The translations under genes and the position numbers were made by a program. A stretch of DNA of 64,000 nucleotides from an uncultured Candidatus Saccharibacteria bacterium (GTDB lineage Bacteria > Patescibacteriota > Minisyncoccia > Minisyncoccales > CAZKCU01). This document shows, in pieces, positions 42,933 through 52,277 of the stretch. The stretch lies in NCBI GenBank assembly GCA_964431915.1, contig CAYSLI010000002.1, forward strand, positions 14,013-78,012. Direction: 5' to 3'. The notes below the pieces were generated by a model that saw only the letters and a list, made by a program, of their open reading frames with translations, searched no databases and was not told the DNA's origin. Positions within the stretch are counted from its first letter, which is position 1, and every line of letters begins with the position of its first letter.

Positions 42933-45900
42933 TTAGGAATTTTCGACGATTTCTTCGATATCATCGCAAATCAGTTTTGGAACGCCATCTCGGTTGTTAA
43001 CCCGACCTGAGACTAAGACAATTTTATTTTCCTGAAAAGCTGTTGGATTTTTTTCAATTACTCCGGGAAAAACAATTACTTCAATTTTATCATCAAGGTC
43101 TTCTAATTTCATAAAAAGCATTGGTTTACCTGTTTTAGTAATAATTCTTTTAATTGAAGAAATGAGGCCGCCAACTTTAACTGGACGATTTGCCAAAATA
43201 GTTTTTATCTTGAGAATAGACTGGGTTTTCTTTTCCAAGACCCTTTTGAAATTTTCTAAAGGATGAGAACTGACAAAAAGACCCAACAATTCTTTTTCCC
43301 AGGCTAATTTTTCAGCTTTGCCAGCTTCCTTTACCGGATTAAATCGGAAGTTTGTATTTTGACTTATTTTATCAAAAAGACCTCTTTGGCCATTAGCTTT
43401 AACTCTTTGAGTTTCTCTAGCAGATTCCAGTAATCTTTCTAAATTAAATAAAAGTTGGTTTCTTTCGGCTAATTTATCAAAAACTCCGGCCTTAATTAAG
43501 CTTTCTAAAGATTTTTTGTTTAAATCTTTAGAATTAACTCGGCTAACGAAATCAGTAACTGATTGATAGGGTCCTTTTTCCTTTCTCTCTTGAACAATGG
43601 CCTTTACTACATTAGAACCAACATTTTTTATTGCTGTTAATCCAAAGCGAATTTTGTTTTGCTTTGGTACGACCGTGAAGTTTTTCAAGCTCTCATTTAT
43701 ATCCGGGGAGAATACCTCAATTTCCATCTTTCTACATTCTGAAATTAAAAAACCAATCCTTTCAACATCGGCTTTCTCAGAGGTTAAGAGAGAGGCCATA
43801 AACTCGACTGGAAAATGTGACTTTAAGTAGGCGGTTTGATAGGCAATAAGAGCATAGCAGGTTCCATGACTTTTGTTAAATGAATATCTGGCAAAAGGTT
43901 CAAACCAGTGCCAAATTTTTTGGGAAATATCTTCTGAAATTTTATTTTTTTTGCATCCAGTAATAAATTTCTCTTTTTGATTCATAAGTAAACTTCTAAT
44001 TTTTTTACCGATGGCCTTTCTTAGAACATCAGCTTCAACCAATGTAAATCCAGCAAGATCTTTCGCAATTTTCATGATTTGTTCTTGATAAACGGGGATT
44101 CCGTAAGTTGATTCTAAAGTTGGTTTTAGTTTGGGATGCAAAAATTCAACTTTCTTTTTTTTATACTTTCTGGCAATGTAATCAGGAATAAGAGCCATTG
44201 GACCAGGCCGATAAAGAGATACCATAGCTATAATATCTTCCAGTTGGGTTGGTTTTAATTGTTTGAGATATCTTCGCATCCCTTCTGACTCCAATTGAAA
44301 GAGACCTACACAATTACCAGCTTGCAATAATTTAAAAGTTTTTTTATCATCTAAGGGAATATTTTCAATATCTATTTTTTTATTTTGGACCACATAGATT
44401 CGGGACAAAGTATCTTCAATGATGGTTAGATTTTTCAATCCCAACAAGTCCATTTTTAATAATCCCAAGTCTTCAATTGAATGCATTTCGTACTGGGTAA
44501 TAATATTTTCTTCGTTCTGGGTGGGATGTTGCAGGGGTACGAGTTCGTCTAATGGTTCAGAAGAGATTACGACTCCGCAGGCATGAGTTGAGGCATGACG
44601 GGCACAACCCTCTAATTTTTTCGCAAAATCAATCAATTTTTGAGCTTTAGGGTCATTTAAATAGGTCTGGCGAAATTCGTCAACAGTAGCTAAAGTTTGG
44701 TTTAAAGTTGAGCCAAAAGGAATCATTTTAGCAATTTTATCGCAATAGTTGTAAGGATAGCTCAAAGCCCGGCCAACATCTCTGACCACCGCTCTGGATG
44801 CCATTGTTCCAAAAGTAATAATTTGAGCCACATTATCCCGACCATATTTTTGAGCAACGTAGTTTATTACTTCGTCTCTTCTTCGGTCGGTAAAATCAAG
44901 ATCAATATCAGGAAGTGATATTTTCGCCCGACCAAGATTAAGGAAACGCTCAAACAAAAGATTATATTTTAATGGGTCAACATTAGTAATGTTCAAGAGA
45001 TAGGCAACCAAAGACCCTCCGACTGAGCCCCGGCCTGGACCGCAGACAATCCTATTTTGTTTTGCCCAATTGACAAAATCCTGGACAATTAAGAAATAGG
45101 AAGCAAAGTTAGTTTCTCCGATAACTCCTAATTCATAATTGAGCCGGTCTAAAATTTCTTTTTTTGGATGACTGCCGTATTTTCTTTTTATTCCTTCAGA
45201 ACAAAGTTTTTCTAGATATTCATCTGCCGATTTTCCATTAGGAACTTCAAATTGAGGTAATTTGATTTCCCCTAACTCAAATTGAAAATTACAGATATCT
45301 GCAATTTTTTGAGTGTTTTCAATCGCCTCGGGTAAATGTTTAAAATCTTTCATCATCTGCTCAGGACTTCTCATTGAAAAATCATCCCGTGTCATTGTTA
45401 ACCTTTCGGGGTCGTTCGGGTCAGAGCCGGTGTTAATTAGCATTAAAATGTCTTGAGCCTGGGCATCCTCAGATTTTAAATAATGGACGTCGTTGGTAGC
45501 AACCAAGGGAATTCCATATTTTTTAGAAATAAGAAATAGTTGTTTGTTAACTATTTTTTGCTCTTTAATATTTGGATGATGTTGGACTTCTAAGTAAAAA
45601 TTATCTTTGCCAAAAATTTCCTGATATTTCAGAGAAAGCTGTTCTGCCTCAGTTATTTTTTTTGCCAGAATCAACTGAGGTATTTTTCCCATAAGACAGG
45701 AAGAGAGGCAGATGAGACCGGAAGCATGTTTTGATAAGAGCTCTTCATCAATCCTTGGCTTATAATAAAAGCCTTTCAGATGGGCTTTGGTAATAAGTTT
45801 AACTAAGTTTTTATATCCCTCTTTGTTTTTTACCAGTAAAACTAAATGGTATCTTTTGTTATCAATATTTGGGCGGTGCTGCTCCATTTTCTCTAAAGCC

Positions 45901-46106
45901 ATATATATTTCAGCGCCGATTATCGGTTTTATTCCCCGCTCAATTGCTTTTTTATAGAACTCAACCGCTCCATACAAAACCCCGTGATCGGTTAAGGCAA
46001 TCGAGTCCATCCCAAGTTCTTTCACATAATCCAAAAGCTCATCAATCTTGGGAAGGCCATCTAATAAAGAGTAGTGTGAATGGACATGAAGATGGGTGAA
46101 TTTCAT
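42933..46106 (-). CDS. dnaE: DNA polymerase III alpha subunit
   Basis: PHP FTHLHVHSHYSLLDG, GPGRGSVGGSLVAYLL, DIDLDF, OB fold near the C-terminus. Confidence 0.95.
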   Translation of the reverse strand: MKFTHLHVHSHYSLLDGLPKIDELLDYVKELGMDSIALTDHGVLYGAVEFYKKAIERGIKPIIGAEIYMALEKMEQHRPNIDNKRYHLVLLVKNKEGYKNLVKLITKAHLKGFYYKPRIDEELLSKHASGLICLSSCLMGKIPQLILAKKITEAEQLSLKYQEIFGKDNFYLEVQHHPNIKEQKIVNKQLFLISKKYGIPLVATNDVHYLKSEDAQAQDILMLINTGSDPNDPERLTMTRDDFSMRSPEQMMKDFKHLPEAIENTQKIADICNFQFELGEIKLPQFEVPNGKSADEYLEKLCSEGIKRKYGSHPKKEILDRLNYELGVIGETNFASYFLIVQDFVNWAKQNRIVCGPGRGSVGGSLVAYLLNITNVDPLKYNLLFERFLNLGRAKISLPDIDLDFTDRRRDEVINYVAQKYGRDNVAQIITFGTMASRAVVRDVGRALSYPYNYCDKIAKMIPFGSTLNQTLATVDEFRQTYLNDPKAQKLIDFAKKLEGCARHASTHACGVVISSEPLDELVPLQHPTQNEENIITQYEMHSIEDLGLLKMDLLGLKNLTIIEDTLSRIYVVQNKKIDIENIPLDDKKTFKLLQAGNCVGLFQLESEGMRRYLKQLKPTQLEDIIAMVSLYRPGPMALIPDYIARKYKKKKVEFLHPKLKPTLESTYGIPVYQEQIMKIAKDLAGFTLVEADVLRKAIGKKIRSLLMNQKEKFITGCKKNKISEDISQKIWHWFEPFARYSFNKSHGTCYALIAYQTAYLKSHFPVEFMASLLTSEKADVERIGFLISECRKMEIEVFSPDINESLKNFTVVPKQNKIRFGLTAIKNVGSNVVKAIVQERKEKGPYQSVTDFVSRVNSKDLNKKSLESLIKAGVFDKLAERNQLLFNLERLLESARETQRVKANGQRGLFDKISQNTNFRFNPVKEAGKAEKLAWEKELLGLFVSSHPLENFKRVLEKKTQSILKIKTILANRPVKVGGLISSIKRIITKTGKPMLFMKLEDLDDKIEVIVFPGVIEKNPTAFQENKIVLVSGRVNNRDGVPKLICDDIEEIVENS

Positions 46107-46173
46107 AAAGCTATTGTATTATTCTACTTTTTTACTAAAAGCAAGTCAAACATGTTAAAATAGAAGTACTGAG

Positions 46174-46899
46174 ATGAAATACCCTAATTTAAACGAAGAA
46201 AAAAAGTTGCGGAGGAAGGGATATAGGGTAGTTGCCGGATTAGACGAAAGTGGTCGCGGTCCATTAGCAGGTCCAGTAGTTGCGGCAGCAGTTTGTTTAA
46301 GAAAAAACCTAAAAAGTGGCAAAGAACCGTTCTCTGCCAAACTGGCAGAGAACGGTTCTCTGGTTATTAAAGATTCAAAGAAATTATCTCCAAAAAAACG
46401 GGAAACTCTTTATAAGCTATTGATTAAAAATCCAAATATAAAATGGGGGATAGGAAGAGTTTCAGAAAAGGTGATTGATAAAGTTAATATCCTGGAAGCC
46501 ACGAAATTAGCAATGATTAAAGCAATTAAAAAACTTAAAAAGACTACAACCCACCCACCGCGTCCTCCCACCCGCCTTTCGGCGGGTGGGCCCCTACCCG
46601 ATTTTTTAATAATTGATGGTAATTTCAAACTTAATTTACCGATTCCTCAAAAATCAATCATCAAAGCTGATGAAAAAGTATTTTCTTGTGCTGCAGCCTC
46701 AATTATTGCCAAGGTTTATCGTGACAGGATAATGCGGAGATATCACAAAAAATATTCTCAATATGGCTTTGATAAACATAAAGGATATCCAACCAAGCAA
46801 CACCGCAAAATGCTTAAAAAACATGGACCTTGCAAAATCCACCGAAAAACTTTTAAACCAGTAAAATCTTGCAAACATAAGAATTATTTGCTATCTTAA
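46174..46899 (+). CDS. rnhB: ribonuclease HII with two in-frame palindromic insertions
   Basis: VAGLDESGRGPLAGPVVAAAV, DSKKLSPKKRE, IIDG, ASIIAKV. Confidence 0.88.
   Translation: MKYPNLNEEKKLRRKGYRVVAGLDESGRGPLAGPVVAAAVCLRKNLKSGKEPFSAKLAENGSLVIKDSKKLSPKKRETLYKLLIKNPNIKWGIGRVSEKVIDKVNILEATKLAMIKAIKKLKKTTTHPPRPPTRLSAGGPLPDFLIIDGNFKLNLPIPQKSIIKADEKVFSCAAASIIAKVYRDRIMRRYHKKYSQYGFDKHKGYPTKQHRKMLKKHGPCKIHRKTFKPVKSCKHKNYLLS
46323..46359. repeat. 17-bp perfect inverted repeat inside the rnhB coding sequence
   Basis: AGAACCGTTCTCTGCCA-AAC-TGGCAGAGAACGGTTCT; encodes KEPFSAKLAENGSL. Confidence 0.85.
46567..46590. repeat. GC-rich hairpin inside the rnhB coding sequence
   Basis: CCCACCCGCC-TTTC-GGCGGGTGGG within a ~50-nt GC-rich island encoding THPPRPPTRLSAGGPLP. 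Confidence 0.85.
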
Positions 46900-46933
46900 A
46901 GAAGAATTGTTTTTTTTATTAAATGATAAAATT

Positions 46934-47218
46934 ATGGCTGTACCAAAACAACGTCATACAAAATCAAGAAGAAATAAACGGCGAATGCATATTTACACCA
47001 AAATGCCGGTTTTGACAAAATGTTTAAAATGTGGAAAATTGATTTTGCCTCACACTATCTGTTGGAGTTGCGGGTATTACAAAGGCCGGGAGGTAATTAA
47101 TGTTTTGGAAAAATTGAGTAAAAAAGAGAAAAAAGAACGAAAAAAAGAAATAAAAGCAAAAGAGAAGGAAGAAAAGAAAGTAAAGCCATTAAGCATGGAA
47201 GAATTGTCAAGAAAATAA
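46934..47218 (+). CDS. rpmF: 50S ribosomal protein L32 with K/E-rich C-terminal tail
   Basis: [17 protein letters not shown], CxxC..CxxC zinc ribbon. Confidence 0.9.
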   Translation: MAVPKQRHTKSRRNKRRMHIYTKMPVLTKCLKCGKLILPHTICWSCGYYKGREVINVLEKLSKKEKKERKKEIKAKEKEEKKVKPLSMEELSRK

Positions 47219-47223
47219 CAAAA

Positions 47224-47661
47224 ATGTCCTCAAGACACTTATCAAGGTCAATAGTAATGCAGAGTTTGTACGAGTGGGATTTCTCTGGCAGGAAATCGGA
47301 AGCATTAAAGAAAATTGTTGAGAAAAACATCAAAGAATTTGGGCCAGGGTTAGATGATGAGACTTTTGTCTGGCAGCTAATTACCGGTGTTGTGGAACAT
47401 CTTCCCCAGATTGATAAAATTATTGAAAAGGCAGCTCCGGAATGGCCAATAGAGCAAATAACCATTGTTGACCGCAATGTTTTAAGAATTGGGCTTTATG
47501 AGCTATTATATGAAAACAAAGAGGAGGTTCCCCAGAAAGTAGCCATAAATGAAGCCATTGAATTAGCCAAAACTTTCGGCGGAGAGAGTTCCGGCAAGTT
47601 TATTAATGGTGTATTGGGAACAGTGTATAAGGAAGTTGAAAAAAAACGATCAATGAATTAA
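47224..47661 (+). CDS. nusB: transcription antitermination factor NusB
   Basis: [37 protein letters not shown]. Confidence 0.88.
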   Translation: MSSRHLSRSIVMQSLYEWDFSGRKSEALKKIVEKNIKEFGPGLDDETFVWQLITGVVEHLPQIDKIIEKAAPEWPIEQITIVDRNVLRIGLYELLYENKEEVPQKVAINEAIELAKTFGGESSGKFINGVLGTVYKEVEKKRSMN

Positions 47662-47701
47662 AAATTCATTTCAATCTTCAATAAATTTTCAATTTATTTC
47701 G

Positions 47702-48391
47702 ATGAAAGATTTTTCTTTATTTGAGAAAAAATTAAATCTAAAATTTAAAAATAAAGATTTACTCATTCAGGCTTTTTGTCACCGTTCTTATTTGAACGAA
47801 AATCCTGATTTTTATTTATCAAATAATGAAAGGTTAGAGTTCTTGGGCGACGCGGTTTTGGAATTAATTATCACTGAATATCTTTATCAAACTTATCCTA
47901 AAAAATCAGAAGGGGAGTTGACCAATTGGCGGGCGGCTCTAGTAAATGCTAAAATGTTATCCAGAATTGCCAAGAATCTTGATTTTAATGATTTTCTTTT
48001 ACTTTCCCGGGGGGAATTGAAAGAAATTGGCAAAGCTCGCCAATATATTTTAGCAGATACTTTTGAAGCAGTTATTGGAGCAATTTATCTTGATTTAGGG
48101 TACAAGGTCTGCCAGAACTTTATAAAAAAATATTTGATAAAAGAGCTGCCCCATATTATTAAGGCTCGGCTTTTTAAGGATGCCAAATCTCAATTTCAGG
48201 AAGAAGCCCAGGAGAGGGTGGAGACTACTCCGACTTATAAAGTTTTAAAAGAGTGGGGACCAGATCATGTCAAGCACTTTATCGTTGGAGTTTTTCTTGA
48301 TAAAACATTGGTGGCTGAAGGCGAAGGTTCTTCAAAACAGGAAGGAGAAGAAAAGGCAGCCAAAAATGCCCTAGAAATTAAACACTGGTAA
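47702..48391 (+). CDS. rnc: ribonuclease III
   Basis: NERLEFLGDAVLEL, dsRBD at the C-terminus (GSSKQEGEEKAA). Confidence 0.92.
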   Translation: MKDFSLFEKKLNLKFKNKDLLIQAFCHRSYLNENPDFYLSNNERLEFLGDAVLELIITEYLYQTYPKKSEGELTNWRAALVNAKMLSRIAKNLDFNDFLLLSRGELKEIGKARQYILADTFEAVIGAIYLDLGYKVCQNFIKKYLIKELPHIIKARLFKDAKSQFQEEAQERVETTPTYKVLKEWGPDHVKHFIVGVFLDKTLVAEGEGSSKQEGEEKAAKNALEIKHW

Positions 48392-48396
48392 ATTAT

Positions 48397-48885
48397 ATGT
48401 TAGTTATAAGATTATTTCGTGTCGGTAAAAAAAATCAACCTTTTTTTAAGATTGTGGTCACTGATAAAAGAAGGCCTCCTAGGGGTGGCCGTTTTGTGGA
48501 AGAGTTAGGTAATTATAATCCTCTGACTAAAGAAAAAATTTTGAAAGGAGAAAGAATTAAATATTGGCTTTCAGTTGGAGCTAAACCTTCATCCAGTATT
48601 TATAATTTATTAGTTTCAGAGAAAATTATTGAAGGTAAGAAGATTCCGGTTCACAAAAAAGCGAAAGAGAAAAAAGAGGAAGTTCCTGAAAAACCAGCAA
48701 AGGAGAAACCAGCCGAGAAAGCGGCAGAAAAACCAGCTGAGAAACCCAAGAAAGAAGAGAAACCCAAGGAAGAGGTTCCAAAAGAGAAAAAGAAGGAAGA
48801 AAAACCAAAAGAGAGAAAAAAGGAAGAAGCAAAAGAAGAGAAAGCCAAAGAGCCGGAAAAAGGATCGGAAGCCAAAAAAGAGTAA
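48397..48885 (+). CDS. rpsP: 30S ribosomal protein S16 with ~80-aa K/E/P-rich C-terminal extension
   Basis: MLVIRLFRVGKKNQPFFKIVVTDKR. Confidence 0.9.
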   Translation: MLVIRLFRVGKKNQPFFKIVVTDKRRPPRGGRFVEELGNYNPLTKEKILKGERIKYWLSVGAKPSSSIYNLLVSEKIIEGKKIPVHKKAKEKKEEVPEKPAKEKPAEKAAEKPAEKPKKEEKPKEEVPKEKKKEEKPKERKKEEAKEEKAKEPEKGSEAKKE

Positions 48886-49077
48886 ATTATACCTACAACA
48901 CTCTTGACAAAAATTTAAGATGAGATAAAATATTAAAATAGTAGCTTTTTCAGTCTCGCCGATTCTCCCCTTAAAGAAAGAGAGTTAGGTGAGGAGCAAA
49001 GGTCGGGCTACTTGAATGAACTAAGCGATTGAATGCAGTCTCCAAATACGAATAGCGATTTTGGGGAGTTTAAGAAT

Positions 49078-49404
49078 ATGCCAAAAGCAACTTCTGATCA
49101 GGAATTCCTTGAGTATATTATTAAGGGTTTAGTTGATCACCCAGAGGATGTTAAGATTGATAGAAAAGTTGATGAGATGGGAGTTTTACTTTCTTTAAAA
49201 GTAAATCCCGAAGACATGGGTCAGATTATTGGAAGAGCCGGGTCAACTGCCAGAGCAATAAGGTCTTTGGTTCGGATTATTGGTCTAAAAAATCACGCCA
49301 GAGTGAACCTAAAGATTGAAGAACCAGCTGGTGGTAGACCTCCTGTTACTCGAGGGAAAAGAGCTCCTGCCGAAGGAGAAGAGCTCGAAGAGCTAAAGTT
49401 GTAA
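49078..49404 (+). CDS. KH-domain RNA-binding protein (YlqC-like)
   Basis: LVDHPEDVKI, GQIIGRAGSTARAIRSL; GGGGAG RBS upstream of ATG 49078. Confidence 0.8.
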   Translation: MPKATSDQEFLEYIIKGLVDHPEDVKIDRKVDEMGVLLSLKVNPEDMGQIIGRAGSTARAIRSLVRIIGLKNHARVNLKIEEPAGGRPPVTRGKRAPAEGEELEELKL

Positions 49405-49478
49405 ACTCATAATTCCGTTAAGTTTACAAAAATCTGAAAGCCGTGCTATTATTGATAGTGCGGTTTTCGTTTTATTTT

Positions 49479-50174
49479 ATGATTAAATTTGATATTATTA
49501 CAATTTTTCCTGAGATTTTTAATTCCTATTTAAAAGAAAGTTTAATCGCTCGCGCTCAAAAAAAGAAATTAATTAGAATTAATATCCACGATTTGAGAAA
49601 ATGGACATCCGATGCCCATCATACGGTGGATGATAGACCTTTTGGGGGAGGAATAGGAATGGTGTTAAAAGTTGAACCGATTTATAAAGCTGTAAGAGAA
49701 ATAAATAAACATGTCTCCGCTAAAGTTTCGGCGAGGCGAGGAAAATCAAAAGTAATATTGTTTACTCCAAGAGGAAAAAAATTTAATCAAAAATTAGCTT
49801 TTTCTCTTAGTCAAGTTAATCAACTTATTTTAATTTGCGGCAGATATGAAGGAGTAGATGAGAGAGTGGCAAAATATATTGCCGATTTAGAATTATCAAT
49901 TGGCGATTACGATTTAATGGGAGGAGAATTACCGGCAATGGTGCTTATTGAGGCAGTAACTCGATTAATTCCTGGAGTTTTAGGAAAACCAGAATTATTA
50001 AAAGAAAGAATTACCAAGGAAAAGGGATTTATTGAATATCTTCAATATAGTAGACCGGAGATTTTTTCGCCCAAGAAGGGAGTTTATTGGAAAGTTCCGA
50101 AGGTTTTGTTATCCGGCTATCACAAAAAAATTGAAGAGTGGCGAAGAAAACATAGAAAAATCATTGAAAAATAA
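49479..50174 (+). CDS. trmD: tRNA (guanine37-N1)-methyltransferase
   Basis: FDIITIFPEIF, VDDRPFGGGIGMV, ICGRYEGVDERV. Confidence 0.92.
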   Translation: MIKFDIITIFPEIFNSYLKESLIARAQKKKLIRINIHDLRKWTSDAHHTVDDRPFGGGIGMVLKVEPIYKAVREINKHVSAKVSARRGKSKVILFTPRGKKFNQKLAFSLSQVNQLILICGRYEGVDERVAKYIADLELSIGDYDLMGGELPAMVLIEAVTRLIPGVLGKPELLKERITKEKGFIEYLQYSRPEIFSPKKGVYWKVPKVLLSGYHKKIEEWRRKHRKIIEK

Positions 50175-50204
50175 CTGTTTTGTGGTAAAATAAAAAATTG
50201 AGAA

Positions 50205-50287
50205 GGGTAGGTACTCAAGTGGACAACGAGGTGTGGCTGTAAACCACATGGCTTCGGCCTACGGGGGTTCGAATCCCTCCCTACCCA
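50205..50287 (+). tRNA. tRNA-Tyr(GUA)
   Basis: GGGTAGG/CCTACCC acceptor, loop CTGTAAA, long variable arm, T loop TTCGAAT. Confidence 0.9.
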
Positions 50288-50299
50288 CAAACTTTTTAT

Positions 50300-50373
50300 G
50301 CCTGAGTAGCTCAGTTAGATAGAGCATTCGCATGGTAAGCGAAAGGTCGGCGGTGCAACTCCGCCCTCAGGCT
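50300..50373 (+). tRNA. tRNA-Thr(GGU) with non-canonical T loop
   Basis: GCCTGAG/CTCAGGC acceptor, TTCGC-ATGGTAA-GCGAA, T arm GGCGG-TGCAACT-CCGCC, D loop AGTTAGATA without GG. Confidence 0.85.
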
Positions 50374-50381
50374 CATATGCC

Positions 50382-50448
50382 CCGTAGAGAAATTTCGACT
50401 GCTGCGGGGTAGTAAAATAAATAATAATTTGTCGAAATTCTTCTACGG
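50382..50448 (+). promoter_or_regulatory. long imperfect hairpin ending 3 nt before the rpmG start
   Basis: CCGTAGAGAAATTTCGAC pairs with GTCGAAATTCTTCTACGG (18 positions: 1 mismatch, 1 G.U). Confidence 0.4.
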
Positions 50449-50451
50449 AAT

Positions 50452-50613
50452 ATGCCAACAAAAAAACCATTTATAAAACTTCAGTGTTCAGAGTGCAAAA
50501 GGATTAATTATTTTACTCATAAATCAAAAAAAATAACTGAGAAGAAATTAGAATTGAAAAAATTCTGTAAGTGGTGCAGAAAACATACGGTGCATAAAGA
50601 AACCAAGAAATAA
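50452..50613 (+). CDS. rpmG: 50S ribosomal protein L33
   Basis: Hand-translated [27 protein letters not shown]...[16 protein letters not shown]; below the ORF-track cut-off. Confidence 0.88.
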   Translation: MPTKKPFIKLQCSECKRINYFTHKSKKITEKKLELKKFCKWCRKHTVHKETKK

Positions 50614-50616
50614 AAA

Positions 50617-50687
50617 GGGGACTTAGTTTAGCGGTAAAATAGAGCTCTCCAAAAGCTCAGTCGGGGGTTCAATTCCCTCAGTCCCCG
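50617..50687 (+). tRNA. tRNA-Trp(CCA)
   Basis: GGGGACT/AGTCCCC acceptor, GAGCT-CTCCAAA-AGCTC, T loop TTCAATT. Confidence 0.88.
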
Positions 50688-50691
50688 CAAA

Positions 50692-52212
50692 ATGATAAAT
50701 TTTAACCGAAAAACCATCGTTATAATTATTATTGCGGTCTTAATCGTTGGTTTTGGGGTTTGGCAAGGTTTTTTTAAAAAAGAAGAACCGAGTTTTACTT
50801 TGATTGAGGTGGTTCGAGGAAATATTTCGCAGGAAGTTTCTGAAACTGGAAAAGTTAAACAAGGAGAAGAAATAAACCTTAATTTTGAGAGTTCGGGAAA
50901 GGTTGAAAAAATTTATGTTGAGGTAGGGGATAACGTCATAACCGGGCAGGATTTAGCTAAGCTTGATACCAGCCAGCTTTTTATTCAACTTACTGAAGCT
51001 CAAGCCGCACTTGAAGTAGCCAAAGCAAAAAGAGCGGATACTCAAGTTTCTCTTGAAAATGCCAAACAGGATTTGGATAATATAAAGGATAAAGCGGAGG
51101 AGGACTTAAATAATGCTTATGAAGACGCCCTCATCGTTTTTGATGATGCTTATCTAAAAATCTATAATACTTTTAATGTGGTATACAATGTTCAGAAAAC
51201 ATACTTTTATACACTTAATGATTATGGATTAAGAGTTATCGAAGAAAAATACAGAATAAAAAGTTCCCTTAAAAAAGTCAAAAGTTTAGTAAGTGATATG
51301 AAAAGTAATCCTCAACACGAAAACATAGACTCTGCGTTTCCTGAAACTAAGGCGGCATTAGAAAAAGTAAGTAATGCCTTAAAAAAAATTAGGGACATAA
51401 CTGAGAATGCAGTTTATCGCGAGATTGTTTCAAACACTGATAAATCGTCTTTAGATACCCAAAAATTAAATATTAACAGCGTTCTCAATGACGTCCTTAA
51501 TTCTCAGCAAAATATTTCAACTATTAAAATTAATAATAAAACAAATATCAATGCTGCCGAAGCTAAGGTTTCCACGCTCGAGGCTCAGTTACAATCAGAG
51601 GGAGAGACTACAGGTTTATACCAGGCTCAGTTAAAACAAGCCGAGGCCCAAATCAAACTTTTAGAAAACCAAATCAAAGATAGCCACTTAAAAAGCCCCA
51701 CTCAAGGACAGATAACAAAAATAAACAAAAAAGTGGGGGAGCAATCTATGTTGGGAGATAATATAATTTCTCTTTTACCCGTTGTTCCATTTAGTATAGA
51801 GGCAGATATCTATGAAGAAGATGTGGTTAAAATTAATATTGATAACCAGGTGGATATTTCCTTAGTTGCTTTTCCTGAACAAGTTTTTGAAGGAAAAGTA
51901 ATCTCAATTGACCCTGCTGAAAAACTAATTGAAGGAGTGGTTTATTACCGAGTATCTATTGCTTTTAAGAAATTACCGGAAGGAGCTAAACCTGGAATGA
52001 CCGCAGACTTAGTAATTAAAACTGCTTCAAAAGAAAACGTCTTAGTTATTCCTGAAGATGCAGTTCAGGAAAAAGACGGCAAAAATATTGTTCAGGTTTT
52101 CCGAGACAATCAGGTTGAAAACCGGGAAATAGAAATAGGTTTAATGGGTAGTGACGATATGATTGAGGTTGTTTCTGGATTAGCGAAAGGTGAAAAAGTG
52201 ATTGTCGAATAA
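50692..52212 (+). CDS. HlyD/MacA-type periplasmic adaptor (membrane fusion protein)
   Basis: N-terminal TM, lipoyl-like GKVEKIYVEVGDNV, long coiled coil, beta-barrel tail; upstream of a MacB-like pair. Confidence 0.78.
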   Translation: MINFNRKTIVIIIIAVLIVGFGVWQGFFKKEEPSFTLIEVVRGNISQEVSETGKVKQGEEINLNFESSGKVEKIYVEVGDNVITGQDLAKLDTSQLFIQLTEAQAALEVAKAKRADTQVSLENAKQDLDNIKDKAEEDLNNAYEDALIVFDDAYLKIYNTFNVVYNVQKTYFYTLNDYGLRVIEEKYRIKSSLKKVKSLVSDMKSNPQHENIDSAFPETKAALEKVSNALKKIRDITENAVYREIVSNTDKSSLDTQKLNINSVLNDVLNSQQNISTIKINNKTNINAAEAKVSTLEAQLQSEGETTGLYQAQLKQAEAQIKLLENQIKDSHLKSPTQGQITKINKKVGEQSMLGDNIISLLPVVPFSIEADIYEEDVVKINIDNQVDISLVAFPEQVFEGKVISIDPAEKLIEGVVYYRVSIAFKKLPEGAKPGMTADLVIKTASKENVLVIPEDAVQEKDGKNIVQVFRDNQVENREIEIGLMGSDDMIEVVSGLAKGEKVIVE

Positions 52213-52277
52213 GAACCTCTCTCTTCGCTCGAGAACCTTGATTCGCTATCGTATAAATATATAATCTTGAATTAAAA

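Noticed and set aside
46155-46340. 61-aa minus-strand ORF overlapping the rnhB start and the palindrome.
   Set aside because: It is created by the inverted repeat and the antisense of rnhB, and has no coding signal.
48650-48870. Repetitive AAAGAAGAGAAACC-type DNA (also 57640-57860 and 62160-62690) that could suggest a tandem-repeat or CRISPR-like array.
   Set aside because: The units are irregular, lack unique spacers, and lie in frame within rpsP, rplL and the adhesin gene, where they encode K/E/P-rich low-complexity tails.
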